DNA of 64,000 nucleotides from Eledone cirrhosa (GCA_964016885.1 OZ024755.1:27404001-27468000); one strand, 5' to 3'. Shown: positions 14,030 through 32,659, counted from the first letter of the stretch. The notes: generated by a model from the letters alone, not told the origin. Translations and numbers: made by a program.

Positions 14030-14153
14030 ATTCTGAGTTCAAATCCCGCCGAGGTTAACTTTGCCTTTCATCCTTACGGGGTCGATAAAATAAAGTACCA
14101 GTAATACACTGGGTATTTGCTGGCCTTGTGCCTAACGTAGAAACAATTATTTC
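14030..14153 (+). mobile_element. 5'-truncated SINE with TSD
   Basis: SINE core flanked by TTTATAGGTGCC (14018-14029 / 14154-14165). Confidence 0.85.
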
Positions 14154-14272
14154 TTTATAGGTGCCTTTTAATCTTATAGCCTTGTTTAATTGGTTTTTTG
14201 TGTGGTTGATTATGCTGATTGGGAGAGGAAATGGTGTATATATCTTATCAAATGATTCTATGGACATACTTG

Positions 14273-14361
<89 letters not shown>

Positions 14362-14665
14362 TTAAATTAATCTTTATTGCAAGGTATCTATATTCTAGGT
14401 TCTGGTTAATTTTTAATATGTTACCTCCGTAACTAAGTATGTGTTTATTTAATACACATACGTCATCCTACTTGTAATTTAATTTAATATAAATGCTGGG
14501 ATTTACTACTTGGAATCTGAGAGCTTATTCCAAATGTGGTATGACACATGATTCTGATATTCTCAGACATAGATGTCAACATGAATGGACCTGTTATTTT
14601 TATCTAAAGACGTTTTTCCAATTCCAACCCTCCCGTCCCCTCAATCTACCTTATTTCTCATTCTT

Positions 14666-14701
14666 TCTTCTGATGAAGGACTGGCGTCCGAAATGTTAAG
14701 A
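14666..14701 (+). ncRNA. minimal hammerhead (family A)
   Basis: TCTT-CTGATGA-a-GGAC tggc GTCC-GAAA-TG-TT-AAGA. Confidence 0.8.
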
Positions 14702-14800
14702 CCCTCTTCCTGCTATTTCAAGCGTTAACCTAAAATATTCCTTCCATATACTGTACCGATTGTGTTGTTATTTCTGTTTACCTTTTACACATACACACAT

Positions 14801-14934
<134 letters not shown>

Positions 14935-15002
14935 CAAAAGGACAAACAAACAAACGCAGGAGTCAATAGTAAATAATTGTATTAGCTTTACGCTTGGTCA
15001 GG

Positions 15003-15040
15003 TTTACGACGTTTCGGACATAAGTCCTTCATCAGGAAAG
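15003..15040 (-). ncRNA. minimal hammerhead (family A-like)
   Basis: minus CTGATGA-a-GGAC ttat GTCC-GAAA-CG-TC. Confidence 0.8.
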
Positions 15041-15770
15041 TAGAGAGGAAAGTAGAGATGGAGTGAGGAGGGTAGTAAGGAGGGAAGTTAACAAGAACAC
15101 GAAAGGAAAGGAAAAATAAAAATAAAAATGAAAATAAATGAAAACAGAATTTTTAAAAAAGTGCAAATAAAGGAGGTTGGAGGGGTGTAATGCTCTCTCT
15201 CACACATTCTCTCTCTCTCTCACCCACTCTCTCTTACTCTCACTCCCTCACTCTCTCTCCCTCTCTCACTCCTTCACACTCCCTCACTCTCTCTAACTTT
15301 CCCTCCCTCATTCTCTCTCTCACTCTCTCTCTCTCCCTTCCTCATTCTCTCTATCACTCCCCCCTCACTCTCTCTCACACTCACTCCTTCACTCCTTCAC
15401 TCCCTCACACTCTCTCTCTCACCTTTTGTTTTCTATATTTTTACCATCTCCGCCAAATGTTTTATTCTTGTCATTGTTTGTGTTATTGTTGTTGTTAATA
15501 TTTCTGTTGGCTGAGCAGAGGTTCATAGATCGATAATTGATTCATTGATTTTTTTTTGTAATTGCTGGTTTGGCTTTTATTCTTGTTGTTGTCGATATTA
15601 GATACTGTGTTTGTTTTGGTAGCTTGTTGTCATGGTAACGGTATAGTTGTTCTTGATGGTGGTGGTGGTGGTGGTGGTGTGACGGTATTATTGTTGGTGG
15701 TAGTGGTGGTGGTGGTGGTGGTAGTGGTGGTGATGGTGGTGGTGGTGGTGGTGGTGTGACGGTATTATTG

Positions 15771-15802
<32 letters not shown>

Positions 15803-16093
15803 GGTGGTGGTGGTGGTGGTGGTGGTGGTGGTGTTAGCGGTGGTGGTGGTGGTGTTAGTGGTTGGTGGTGGTGGTGTTAATGGTAGTGTAAGTAGGAACC
15901 AACGAATACGCCTCGAAGTGGTCGAATCAAGTGCTAGAATGTGCCGCCAATTCTCCCTCAGAATCCAATAAATACATATGTTGTCTTGCCCCCCCCCTCC
16001 CAATGTCAACACCCAATTGAGCAGAGATGAATAAACACACCTGTTCTCTAGCCTCCATCTCAACACCCAATTCAACAAACATAAAAATAAATA

Positions 16094-16978
16094 CTGTATA
16101 TGCCGGCGTACAGGTCGATCCCCCGCATAGATTAACCCCTAAAATTCTGAGGTTTAATTCAGGTTTAGGCCTATATTCGCCGAATAGGATGACCCCCGAA
16201 AAATATGGCAGTTGCAGGGGAAATAATTCAAAAAATTTAGTGGCGCACTAAAAACTAAGACACTTCTAAAACACTTCAGTCGCAAGTGAGTTCTAACTCA
16301 CTGAGTAAACCAGCCTAGCCTAACCTTAACGAACCTATGGGAACCTACCCTATGAGCTACGGCAAGTCATTGATTGATATTATTTGGTAGTATCGGTAGA
16401 GGGTCGGACGCCATGCCTTAACGCATAGAGTTACGGCCCTTGCCATTCTGAGTTCAAATCCCGCCGGGGTTAACTTTGCTTTCATCCTTACGGGCTCGAT
16501 AAAATAAAGTACCAGCAATACACTGGGGTAATTGCTGGCCATGTGCCAAAAGTAGAAACAATTATTATAAAGGCGGTGGATTGGCAGTATCGGTAGAGGG
16601 TTTGCAGCATGAAGTTACAGTCCTTTACGGTTTGAGTTCAAATCCCGCCGACGTTAACTTTGCCTTTCATCCTTACGGGGTCGATAAAATAAAATACCAG
16701 TAATGCACTGGGATAATTGGTGGCCTTGTGCCAAAAGTAGAAACAATTATTATAATCTCTACATTAAATAGACTTAACAAATATGAGATTCAGGAGGAAT
16801 GTGGTGGGCTGCAAGAGTTATGGTAAGTGGTGTACAACAAGTGTTAGGCAGACGGTTTCACTGTTTACCCCTCAGTGGTAAAGGCTCACATTTTATATTC
16901 GGCGGACAAGTCGACCCCTGGTTTTGGAGAAATATTGTTTAAAGCTCCAAATTTCGACTTGTACACCGGCATATACGG
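16094..16978. mobile_element. pogo/Tc2-type MITE carrying two nested SINEs
   Basis: TIR CTGTATATGCCGGCGTACAGGTCGA / TCGACTTGTACACCGGCATATACGG, TA on the left; SINE copies at about 16385 and 16571. Confidence 0.7.
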
Positions 16979-17114
16979 CATATTCCAGCCATCAATATCC
17001 CCTTTTGTTTTTCTCTACACTCAGGTAATGCAAGCAGTATCGTAGAGAGCGTCCGACATTATAGTTACGACCCTTTACATTCTGAGTTCAAATCCCGCCG
17101 AGATTAGCTTTGCT

Positions 17115-18620
17115 TTGATGTAGTTTTTGTTGATGGTATGATGTTGGTGTTGCTTATACCAGTGGTATGATATTGGTGTTGTTGTTGATGGTATGATGTT
17201 GTTGTTGTTGATGGTATGATGTTGGTGTTGTTTATACCAGTGGTATGATATTGGTGTTGTTGATGGTATGATGATGTTGTTGTTGATGGTATGATGTTGG
17301 TGTTGTTGATGGTATGATGTTGGTGTTGTTTATACCAGTGGTATGATATTGGTGTTGTTGATGGTATGATGATGTTGTTGTTGATGGTATGATGTTGTTG
17401 TTGTTTATACCAGTGGTATGAGATTGGTGTTGTTGATGGTATGATATTGGTGTTGTTGATGGTATGATGTTGTTGTTGTTGATGGTATGATGTTGTTGTT
17501 GATGGTATGATGTTAGTGTTGTTTATACCAGTGGTATAATATTGGTGTTGTTGATGGTATGATGTTGTTGTTGTTGATGGCATGATGTTGTTGTTGTTGA
17601 TGGTATGATGTTGGTGTTGTTGATGGTATGATGTTGTTGTTGATGGTATGATGTTGGTGTTGTTGATGGTATGAGATTGGTGTTGTTGATGGTATGAGAT
17701 TGGTGTTGTTGATGGTATGATGTTGTTGTTGTTGATGGTATGATATTGGTGTTGTTGATGGTATGGTGTTGTTGATGGTATGATGTTGTTGTTGTTGATG
17801 GTATGATGTTGGTGTTGTTGATGGTATGATATTGGTGTTGTTGATGGTATGATGTTGTTGTTGTTGATGGTATGATGTTGGTGTTGTTGATGGTATGAGA
17901 TTGGTGTTGTTGATGGTATGGTGTTGTTGATGGTATGATGTTGTTGTTGTTGATGGTATGATGTTGGTGTTGTTGATGGTATGATATTGGTGTTGTTGAT
18001 GGTATGATGTTGGTGTTGTTGATGGTATGATGTTGGTATTGTTGATGGTATGATATTGGTGTTGTTGATGGTATGGTGTTGGTGTTGTTGATGGTATGAT
18101 ATTGGTGTTGTTGATGGTATGATGTTGGTGTTGTTGATGGTATGATATTGGTGTTGTTGATGGTATGATGTTGGTGTTGTTGATGGTATGATGTTGGTGT
18201 TGTTGATGGTATGATATTGGTGTTGTTGATGGTATGATGTTGGTGTTGTTGATGGTATGATATTGGTGTTGTTGATGGTATGATATTGGTGTTGTTGATG
18301 GTATGATGTTGTTGTTGTTGATGGTATGATGTTGGTGTTGTTGATGGTATGATATTGGTGTTGTTGATGGTATGATGTTGGTGTTGTTGATGGTATGATA
18401 TTGGTGTTGTTGATGGTATGATGTTGGTGTTGTTGATGGTATGATGTTGGTGTTGTTGATGGTATGATATTGGTGTTGTTGATGGTATGATGTTGGTGTT
18501 GTTGATGGTATGATGTTGGTGTTGTTGATGGTATGATGTTGGTGTTGTTGATGGTATGATGTTGGTATTGTTGATGGTATGATATTGATGTTATTGATGG
18601 TATGATGTTGGTGTTGTTAG
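17115..18620. repeat. minisatellite, about 23-bp unit GGTGTTGTTGATGGTATGAT(G/A)TT
   Basis: direct tandem repetition. Confidence 0.92.
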
Positions 18621-19199
18621 TAGTATGATTTTGGCTTTGTTCGTGGTATGGTATGGTATTGTAGTTAGTTATATCAGTGGTATGACATTAGTGTTGTTGG
18701 TGGTATTGTGTGGTAGTTAGTTATGTCAATGGTATGGTATTGTAGTTAGTTATGTCAGTGGTATGGTATTGGTGTTGTTGGTGGTATCGTATGGTGTGGT
18801 AGTTAGTTATGTCAGTGGTATGACAGTGGTGTTGTTGGTGGTATGGTGTGGTAGTTAGTTATGTCAGTGGTATGACAGTGGTTTTGTTGGTGGTATGGTG
18901 TGGTATTATTGATGGTATAATCCTATTGTTAGTGGTATCTTAGTGGCGCAGGTTTCTGGTGGTTTTGATGGTATGATATTGTGTTCAACCTGCCTAAACA
19001 AACGTGTGAGATTTAGGTCCGACAACAAGGTTTCATCCACAGATCTGGCGCTCCAGATATGCCATAGCCCAAGAAAACTCCTTACATTCCTATGTTTTCT
19101 TCTTGAACCAGGCTCACTGACATGAAATATAGTTTCCTAACTTCTCATTCTTGTTAATGGTATGACGCAAGATGTATTGATGGTATGGTATGTTCTTGT

Positions 19200-21075
19200 T
19201 GTGGAGGTGTAATGGTATGATAGAGTTGTGGTGGTGTAATGATATGGTATGTTACTGTTGTGATGGTGTAGTGGTATAATAGAGTTGTGGTGGTGTAATG
19301 GTATGATAGAGTTGTGGTGGTGTAATGGTATGATAGAGTTGTGGTGGTGTATTGGTATGTTACTGTTGTGGTGGTGTAGTGGTATGATAGAGTTGTGATG
19401 GTGTAGTGGTATGATAGAGTTGTGATGGTGTAGTGGTATGTTACTGTTGTGGTGGTGTAATGGTATGATATGTTACTGTTGTGGTGGTGTAATGGTATGA
19501 TAGAGTTGTGATGGTGTAATGGTATGGTATGATAGAGGTGTGGTGGTGTAGTGGTATGATAGAGTTGTGGTGGTGTAGTGGTATGATAGAGTTGTGGTGG
19601 TGTAATGGTATGATATGTTACTGTTGAGGTGGTGTAGTGGTATGATAGAGTTGTGGTGGTGTAGTGGTATGATAGAGTTGTGATGGTGTAATGGTATGGT
19701 ATGATAGAGTTGTGGTGGTGTAGTGGTATGATAGAGTTGTGATGGTATAATGGTATGTTACTGTTGTGGTGGTATGATATGTTACTGTTGTGGTGGTGTA
19801 ATGGTATGATAGAGTTGTGGTGGTGTAATGGTATGATAGAGTTGTGGTGGTGTAGTGGTATGTTACTGTTGTGGTGGTGTAGTGGTATGATAGAGTTGTG
19901 ATGGTGTAGTGGTATGGTAGAGTTGTGGTGGTGTAATGGTATGATAGAGTTGTGGTGGTGTAATGGTTTGATAGAGTTGTGATGGTATAATGGTATGATA
20001 GAGTTGTGGTGGTGTAGTGGTATGGTAGAGTTGTGGTGGTGTAATGGTATGATAGAGTTGTGGTGGTGTAATGGTTTGATAGAGTTGTGATGGTATAATG
20101 GTATGATAGAGTTGTGGTGGTGTAGTGGTATTATAGAGTTGTGATGGTGTAATGGTATGATATGATAGAGTTGTGGTGGTGTAGTGGTATGATAGAGTTG
20201 TGGTGGTGTAATTGTATGACATGTTACTGTTGTGGTGGTGTAGTAGTATGATAGAGTTGTGGTGGTGTAATGGTATGGTATGATAGAATTGTGGTGGTGT
20301 AATGGTATGATAGAGTTGTGGTGGCGTAATGGTATGATAGAGTTGTGGTGGTGTAATTGTATGATAGAGTTGTGGTGGTGTAGTGGTATGATAGAGTTGT
20401 GGTGGTGTAGTGGTATGATAGAGTTGTGGTGCTGTAATGGTATGATAGAGTTGTGGTGGTGTAGTGGTATGATAGAGTTGTGATGGTGTAATGGTATGAT
20501 AGAGTTGTGGTGGCGTAATGGTATGATATGATAGAGTTGTGGTGGTGTAATTGTATGATAGAGTTGTGGTGGTGTAGTGGTATGATAGAGTTGTGGTGCT
20601 GTAATGGTATGATAGAGTTGTGGTGGTGTAGTGGTATGATAGAGTTGTAGTGGTGTAATGGTATGATAGAGTTGTGATGGTGTAGTGGTATGATAGAATT
20701 GTGATGGTGTAATGGTATGATAGAATTGTGGTGGTGTAGTGGTATGATAGAGTTGTGATGGTGTTATGGTATGATAGAGTTGTGATGGTGTAAATGTATG
20801 ATAGAGTTGTGATGGTGTAATGGTATGGTATGATAGAGTTGTGGTGGTGTAGTGGTATGATAGAGTTGTGGTGGTGTAGTGGTATGATAGAGTTGTGGTG
20901 GTGTAGTGGTATGTTACTGTTGTGGTGGTGTAATGGTATGATATGATAGAGTTGTGATGATGTAATGATATGATATGATAGAGTTGTGATGATGTAATGG
21001 TATGATATGTTATTGTTGTGGTGGTGTAATGGTATGATATGTTATTGTTGTGATGATGTAATGGTATGATATGTT
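19200..21075. repeat. minisatellite, 27-bp unit GTGGTGGTGTA(A/G)TGGTATGATAGAGTT
   Basis: direct tandem repetition (MIELWWCNG pseudo-ORF). Confidence 0.92.
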
Positions 21076-22049
21076 ACAGCTTTACTTCAGTTGTTGTGAT
21101 ACGCTAGCAACCTGATAGCTGAAACATATATCAAAAGGTTAACAGTTACGTATGTTGCTTTCATGCCTCTGGACTGTGGGTAATTTCGTTTACTGCCTCC
21201 AATTCTAACTGACTGTATTCTTCACTTTACTGGTGTTGTGTGACCTGTCATTTAAAGTAAAGTTGTGGACCTGTTGAAACATATCCCAGATCACTTGTAA
21301 GATGTCCACGAGTTTCTGGTGTTCTTCTATTTGTGCAGTAGATGTATGGATTTCAGCTAAACTGTTGTTGTTTAGATTACTGCAAGATTGATGTGAGCCT
21401 GCTGTCTGTCCATCATTGGAAATAGGAGAATTATCTTGAATGGCTGGCTCTGTAGTGCCAGCCTGCTTTGAATCAGACAGTTCCGTTAAATGTATCAATT
21501 TACATTTATTTGTTCTTTTAAATATTTGGGGGAGAATCTAATTTTGGATGTTTGAAGTTCCACAAATAGTTTAGCCTTTGCATAAAAACGAACTTTTGGA
21601 GGTCAAACTATATAGACGCTTCATATAAATCTTTAAGATTGTAACTCCATTGTGTGTAATGATTGTAGTCACGATTTCATGGAAGGAGACTTATACGTTT
21701 AGTCGTGAGGATTTTGTCTATTCACTGATATTTGCATTTATTTTTCAAAATAATCTTCTTTAAATGTTTCGACAATATTTTGTCAGAATTAAATTCAAAG
21801 TTGTTCACAGCTTCGGTAATCTTTCCTTTCACGCTGTTTTTAATCCTACAATTGTATTTGAACGCTCATATTTAGCGGGGATTGTGTGTGTGTGGGGGGG
21901 GGGGCGTGTGTGCGTGTGTGCGTGTGTGTGTATCTGTCTGTCTGTCTGTGTCTGTGAATTGTTTTGAAACGTTATTTGGCTTATTTATGTGTAACCTTTA
22001 CCAAGCTGTGTTTATATAAATACTTGTAGAAGCAACCAGTGTTGCCCGG

Positions 22050-22195
22050 GGAGGAGCACTTTCTGGCATGTCATACTGTAAACAAGTCTCTCTCCCTCAA
22101 TGTTTGCATACATGTCAACTGCAAATTGCTGGAAGAGCTCACATGAACGATGAAGAATATTGAAGATTCTACACATAAAAAAGTCCTTAGGTGTG
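22050..22195 (-). pseudogene. Helitron RepHel fragment (Helitron_like_N region)
   Basis: FNILHRSCELFQQFAVDMYANIEGERLVY matches the Helitron LFQQF.VD.YAKIE.ERL.Y motif. Confidence 0.85.
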
Positions 22196-22209
22196 AGGGG
22201 TATATATAT

Positions 22210-22500
22210 ATATAAATTAGGATTGGTACTCTGAAATAGCGATGTATACATGAATGTATGTATAGTATATTTGCCAATATACCGTATGTTTAATTTAAAA
22301 CATTTTGAAGACCTTACGCTATCATTTTTAAAGTAGTGACTATGTCACTTACTTCCTTTTTCGGTAAAGGAAGGGAGAGCCTTTGCCGAAAAAAGAAGTA
22401 AGTGACATAGTCACTTACTTTAAAAATGATAGCGTAAGGTCTTCAAAATGTTTTTAATTAAACATACGGTATATTGGCAAATATACTATACATACATTCA
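22210..22500. mobile_element. family E cassette, foldback truncated before the ribozyme
   Basis: inverted arms about 22255-22372 / 22381-22500, homologous to the 13445 locus. Confidence 0.8.
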
Positions 22501-22540
22501 TATATATATATATATAATGTATAATAAACAATACAATATA

Positions 22541-22609
22541 ATTACCTCATTACCAGAGGTTTCCCGAATAAGACGAATACAAGAAACGTCCGCATTCGTT
22601 CATCAGACA
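22541..22609 (-). ncRNA. hammerhead ribozyme motif
   Basis: minus CTGATGA-a-CGAAT...ATTCG-g-GAAA-CCTC tggtaat GAGG-TA; stem I weak, abuts a TA tract. Confidence 0.7.
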
Positions 22610-23239
22610 TATATATATATATATATATATATAAATCAGAATAGATGCAGTAAAAACCTGTTAGACTATTGATCAGTACTAAATTCAGCCTCTGATCTCC
22701 AGGTGGGCCGGGGGTTGACACACGATCCTGTGCTCTACCGATGCATTTTATCATGGAATCAACACAAGTGAAGTTGTCATGTCTTTAACATAGCAGAAAA
22801 GTCTTCCCGACCCTTATTTTGGCAAGTTTTCTTTGGCTGGATACCCATCCTATCCCCAACCACTTTACAGAGCACCACTGGACGCGTTTATCGTGCAAAT
22901 CACCAAACTTAGGGAAGTTGTCATGTTCCTGGTACAACTAAAAAAAAAATCTCTCGACCATTTTGGTATGGTTTCTACAGCGGAGTTCCCTTCCTATTGC
23001 CAACCACCTTAAGATTGTACCGAGTGTATTTATGGTGGCACTAAAGAGGTTGTCGACATTGATTCAACTGAAGAGCCCTCCCTGCCCTGCAGAGGCTGGT
23101 GGGGGTGTTTGCCATGGGTGGTCGGCAAGTGTGGAGGGAATTCACAGGATGAAGAATGGTGGATGAGAGGGGATACCTACGCCAATGTGAAAGGTACTGG
23201 GATTAATATGGGAATATGACTGGTGTGTTAATGTTTTAA

Positions 23240-23667
23240 CTCTCTACCATTTACATTACTCTATATATACTAAGGGCGGTGAATTGGCAGTATCGGTAGA
23301 GGGTTGGATGCCATGATTTGATGCATAGAGTTACGGCCCTTGCCATTCTGAGTTCAAATCCCGCCGAAGTTAACTTTGCCTTTCATCCTTACGGGGTCGA
23401 TAAAATAAAGTACCAGTAATGCACTGGGTAATTGCTGGCCTTGTGCCAAAAGTAGAAACAATTACTCTATATATACTACTGTATTTTCATGGTAAAGGCT
23501 TTATCTTACATAATTATCTCACATAATATCGAATCTACGAGATTTTGAAAGTATTTATTTTGAGAACAATACGGTAACATCAGTTTGAGTGACCAGTTAC
23601 AGCCAGTTTCAACAGAAAGAAGTAGAGAATTCTGGCCCGGTTTTTGGTCGGTTTGAACACTAAAGGG
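23240..23667. mobile_element. piggyBac MITE with full SINE insertion (23273-23460)
   Basis: TTAA flanks; SINE bounded by 18-bp TSD ATTACTCTATATATACTA. Confidence 0.85.
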
Positions 23668-23714
23668 TTAAGGAGGAATCTAGAGTAAAGTGAGCGGGTG
23701 GGTGGATGGGTGGA

Positions 23715-23885
23715 TGGTGACTCTGGAGACTTTATTCCATGTCTTCCTGGGTCTGCCTCTCCCATTCACTAAGATTTCTTGGCACTTCTTTATGCAGCTG
23801 GCATCTTCCATACGCATCACGTGTCCATACCAGCGCAGTCTTCTCTCTTATACACTTCATCCAATTTCTCTTCTGCCAACTTTTT
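23715..23885 (-). pseudogene. RTE-clade LINE ORF C-terminal fragment
   Basis: minus translation ERRLRWYGHVMRMEDASCIKKC...GRGRPRKTW. Confidence 0.85.
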
Positions 23886-24051
23886 CTCTCAATTCACTTA
23901 TACTACGGATCACTCATATATATAATGTGCAATTATCATCATCATCATCATCATCATTTTGCGTCCGTTTTTCCCTGCTTGCAAGGGTGGGATGGGTCCT
24001 ATTCAGCACAGCATCTCTCTACTTGTCACGGTCCTTCGTCACTTCTTTCTT

Positions 24052-24112
<61 letters not shown>

Positions 24113-24125
24113 CTCTCTCTCGTTG

Positions 24126-24179
<54 letters not shown>

Positions 24180-24395
24180 GAAATGGCCGGAGCTCAGCCG
24201 TCGGGGTCCTGACTCTTTTCCTATATATATAATGCATAACACACACACACACATAGACACATACACATACACACAATATAAATAGGTAGTAGACATATCT
24301 ATAGAGACCAACAAACTGATACGGCAGACGATGGTGAGATGAGGAGAGACTCAAAACTAGTTGGAACACGTGTTTTGACACGACCTCCGCAGGTC

Positions 24396-24472
<77 letters not shown>

Positions 24473-24546
24473 CCTCTCTCTCTCTCGTTCATCACCTCAA
24501 AATCTATACCTCTAAATTGATATACATACATACGTATATATATATA

Positions 24547-24617
<71 letters not shown>

Positions 24618-25272
24618 TCCACCACACCACCACCACCACCACCACCACCACCATCACCACTATCAACACCATCAACACCACTACTGCCACCACCACCACC
24701 ACCACCACCAACTCCACCACACCACTACCGCCACCAACACCACCACCACCACCACCACCACCACCACTACCAACACCGCCACCATCACCACCACCACCAC
24801 TATCAATGACAAAGACAATGATTTGTGATCATTGAAGTCAGTTAGAAATAACAGCTAGATCTCCCTCTAATTAAGCCATGTCGTTGTGAAAAAGAACGCG
24901 TTGCATAATGTGACTCTGGGTGACATTTAATATTGAGAAAAGGTAGAATGGTCACATCTAGAATGTCTCTAATCATGTTTTCTCGGTCAGGGTTCATACA
25001 CGGAGCTGTCTATACATGTGTCGTCTTCTAAGAGGTTAGTCATTATACTAGATATAGCAGCCAAATCTTCATGAAATCACACTCTGCTGTCTTAAAATAG
25101 GAATGACACATTGGATAAGGTAGAGCAAGAATCACTTGTCTAAAAGAATAAGGTGAGGAGGTCAATACTGGAACGTCTTTCATTATAGTTCTGTTGTAAA
25201 CATAGCTGACCGTAGGCTAAACAACAACTGTAACAACAACGGCAACATAACTAACTGGACGCTTTAATGAAT

Positions 25273-25313
<41 letters not shown>

Positions 25314-25429
25314 TATATATACATGCATAGGCATACACAGATATACGTACACACACACACATACATACATACATACATACATACATACATACATACATAC
25401 ATACACACAAAATACGTACATATATGAAC

Positions 25430-26910
25430 ATACAAAGACATACAAAGACATACAAAGACACACATACACAGATATACATAGATACGTACATACACACACA
25501 AACACACACAAAAATACACATATATGAACATACATACACATACACAGATATACATAGATACGTACATACACACACACACACATACACACATACACACACA
25601 TACACTCACACAAACACAAAACACATATGAACATACAAACATACCTATATACATACATGCGTACACAGACACACAAAAAACACACAAGGATATGAACATA
25701 CAAACATACACATATTCAGACATACATACATACGTACACACACACAAAAACAAAACACATATGAACATACAAACATACACTTATACAGATATACATACAT
25801 ACGTACATACACACACACACACACAAACACACATATATGAACATACAAACATACACTTATGCAGATATACATACGTACATACACACACACACACACAAAC
25901 ACACATATATGAACATACACTTATGCAGATATACATACGTACATACACACGCACACATACACACACACAAACACAAAACACATATGAACATACAAACATA
26001 CCTATATACATACATGCGTACACAGACACAAAAAACACACAAGGATATGAACATACAAACATACACATATTCAGACATACATACATACGTACACACACAC
26101 ACACACACACACACACATATGAACATACAAACATACACTTATACAGATATACATACATACGTACATACACACACACACAAACACACATATATGAACATAC
26201 AAACATACACTTATGCAGATATACATACGTACATACACACACACACACACACATACACACACACATACACTCACACAAACACAAAACACATATGAACATA
26301 CAAACATACCTATATACATACATGCGTACACAGACACACAAAAAACACACAAGGATATGAACATACAAACATACACATATTCAGACATACATACATACGT
26401 ACACACACACAAAAACAAAACACATATGAACATACAAACATACACTTATACAGATATACATACATACGTACATACACACAAACACACATATATGAACATA
26501 CAAACATACACTTATGCAGATATACATACATACGTACATACACACACACACACACACAAACACACATACAAACATACACTTATGCAGATATACATACGTA
26601 CATACACACACACACACATACACACACACATACACTCACATAAACACAAAACACATATGAACATACAAACATACCTATATACATACATGTGTACACAGAC
26701 ACACAAAAAACACACAAGGATATGAACATACAAACATACACATATTCAGACATACATACATACGTACACACACACAAAAACAAAACACATATGAACATAC
26801 AAACATACACTTATACAGATATACATACATACGTACATACACACACACACACACAAACACACATATATGAACATACAAACATACACTTATGCAGATATAC
26901 ATACATACGT

Positions 26911-26941
<31 letters not shown>

Positions 26942-27160
26942 AACACACATACAAACATACACTTATGCAGATATACATACGTACATACACTTATGCAGAT
27001 ATACACACACACATACACTCACACAAAACACATATGAACATACAAACATACCTATATACATACATGCGTACACAGACACACAAAAAACACACAAGGATAT
27101 GAATATACAAACATACACATATTCAGACATACATACATACGTACACACACACACAGACAG
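25430..27160. repeat. complex CA-rich higher-order tandem repeat (about 310-380 bp period)
   Basis: marker CACAAGGATATGAA recurs at about 25683, 26039, 26348, 26713 and 27090. Confidence 0.85.
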
Positions 27161-27616
27161 ATACACATACACACATACATACATATATATACGCACGTAC
27201 ATATACACACACCGAGTTATGTATATTTTGCATTTGAACAAAATGAGATCTGTGTTTGCCTGTGTATCTATGTATGGGTATATACGTAAATAGATGTGTG
27301 TGTGTGAGTACGTGCGTATGCATACATACATAACGCACATATATACACCTGTATATATATATATATATATGTGTGTGTGTTTGTATGTGTGTGTGTACAT
27401 ATATATATATACATCTGTATGTACGTGCACATGTATACATAATACACACATATACACGCATATACATATATATATATATATATATACATACATATATATA
27501 TATATACATACATATATATATATGTAGGAGGTGAGTTTTATTGTAGTACAATAAAGCAATGCAGATATCGGATAAGAAGCACTCTACAGTTTGTGGGACT
27601 GGAGTATGCATTATAT

Positions 27617-27664
<48 letters not shown>

Positions 27665-27731
27665 AGCAATATATATATACAATATATTGTATATATATAT
27701 ATAATATATTGTATATATATATACAATAGCA

Positions 27732-27798
<67 letters not shown>

Positions 27799-27930
27799 TA
27801 TATGTATGTATGTAAAAGGTAAACAGAAATAGTGTATATATATATATATATGTGTGTGTATATATATACATGTGTGTATATGGGTGTGTTATGCATACAT
27901 AGGTACACACAGTCGCAAATATATATGAAC

Positions 27931-28020
<90 letters not shown>

Positions 28021-28289
28021 TGTGGGTATATTGATATGGTGGAGAGAGGAAAACACAAACTGGACGTCATTAAACCGTTATTCTGTATCTGTTCATTCGT
28101 TTAATCGTTTATTCGTCCTTAGAATTGACTCCAATCCGTGCATTACATACATGCGTCTTTACTGTTTTAATTGAACATTGCAAATCACAAACTCTTAAAT
28201 TCTGTGTTTTCGTAGTCTCTTGTTTTTTAGTCGCATCTCACTCACCATCAAGCAAACCACAAACGCATAGGTATGCATGTATGTGTTGT

Positions 28290-28400
<111 letters not shown>

Positions 28401-28596
28401 ATATGTGAATATTATATTCTCTATAATATATATATATATGGAAAGTTATATTTAAATTGTTGGGTTAACAACGAGTAAATATTTATAACTGATATAAAAG
28501 CACTCAACAAGTATTTGGAGTATATTTATGATATTAAATAAATGGAAACTATATTTATAAAACCATATTTATTTCGTTATATATATTTCAGGGATA

Positions 28597-28654
28597 TTTG
28601 TCTGAAGAAGGCATAACATATTGTTAATATGATATCCCTGAAATATATATAACG
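28597..28654 (+). ncRNA. hammerhead motif (family C) within foldback 28530-28700
   Basis: CTGAAGA-agg cata..tat ccct-GAAA-TATA-TA; upstream inverted copy of the 3' part. Confidence 0.6.
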
Positions 28655-28696
28655 AAATAAATATGGTTTTATAAATATAGTTTCCATTTATTTAAT

Positions 28697-28734
<38 letters not shown>

Positions 28735-28836
28735 GGGAAGTAAGGTTCTATACAAAAGAGTGGATGTAGAATGGAAAAAAAGAAAAGCAGACCCTAAAAT
28801 ATATGTTCCGTACTATTTCCTACTTCACCTTTTCTT

Positions 28837-29022
<186 letters not shown>

Positions 29023-29197
29023 GTATATGTATGTATGTAAAAGGTAAACAAATAACAACACAAACGGTACAGTATATGGAAAGAATATATTAGTTTAACG
29101 CTTGAAATAGTAGGATATATATATACATGTATGTATATATATATATATACATACATGTATATGTATATGTATATATATAGATATATACATACATACA

Positions 29198-29229
<32 letters not shown>

Positions 29230-29247
29230 CACATACATACATGTATA

Positions 29248-29329
<82 letters not shown>

Positions 29330-29411
29330 TTTATCCCGGGTTCAATCGGGGGTAACCACAGTAAGTAAGGTACTCAATACATAGCAGAGTATAAATATTT
29401 AATATAGAAAT

Positions 29412-29462
29412 GGCTTCTACAGGACTAGAACTGTTTCATTCGGGAGAAATCATCAGGAAGCC
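29412..29462 (-). ncRNA. hammerhead ribozyme (family B, best copy)
   Basis: GGCTTC-CTGATGA-t-TTC tccc GAA-t-GAAA-CAG ttctagtc CTG-TA-GAAGCC; perfect 6-bp stem I, GUA site. Confidence 0.88.
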
Positions 29463-29509
29463 TTGATATATAGATAGATAGATACACATATGTGTATGTA
29501 TGCATGTAC

Positions 29510-32583
<3,074 letters not shown>

Positions 32584-32659
32584 GCATGTACATATATATT
32601 TGTTAATGTATGTATGAATGTATGCATGTATGTATTTATATATGTATTTATGAATGTTT

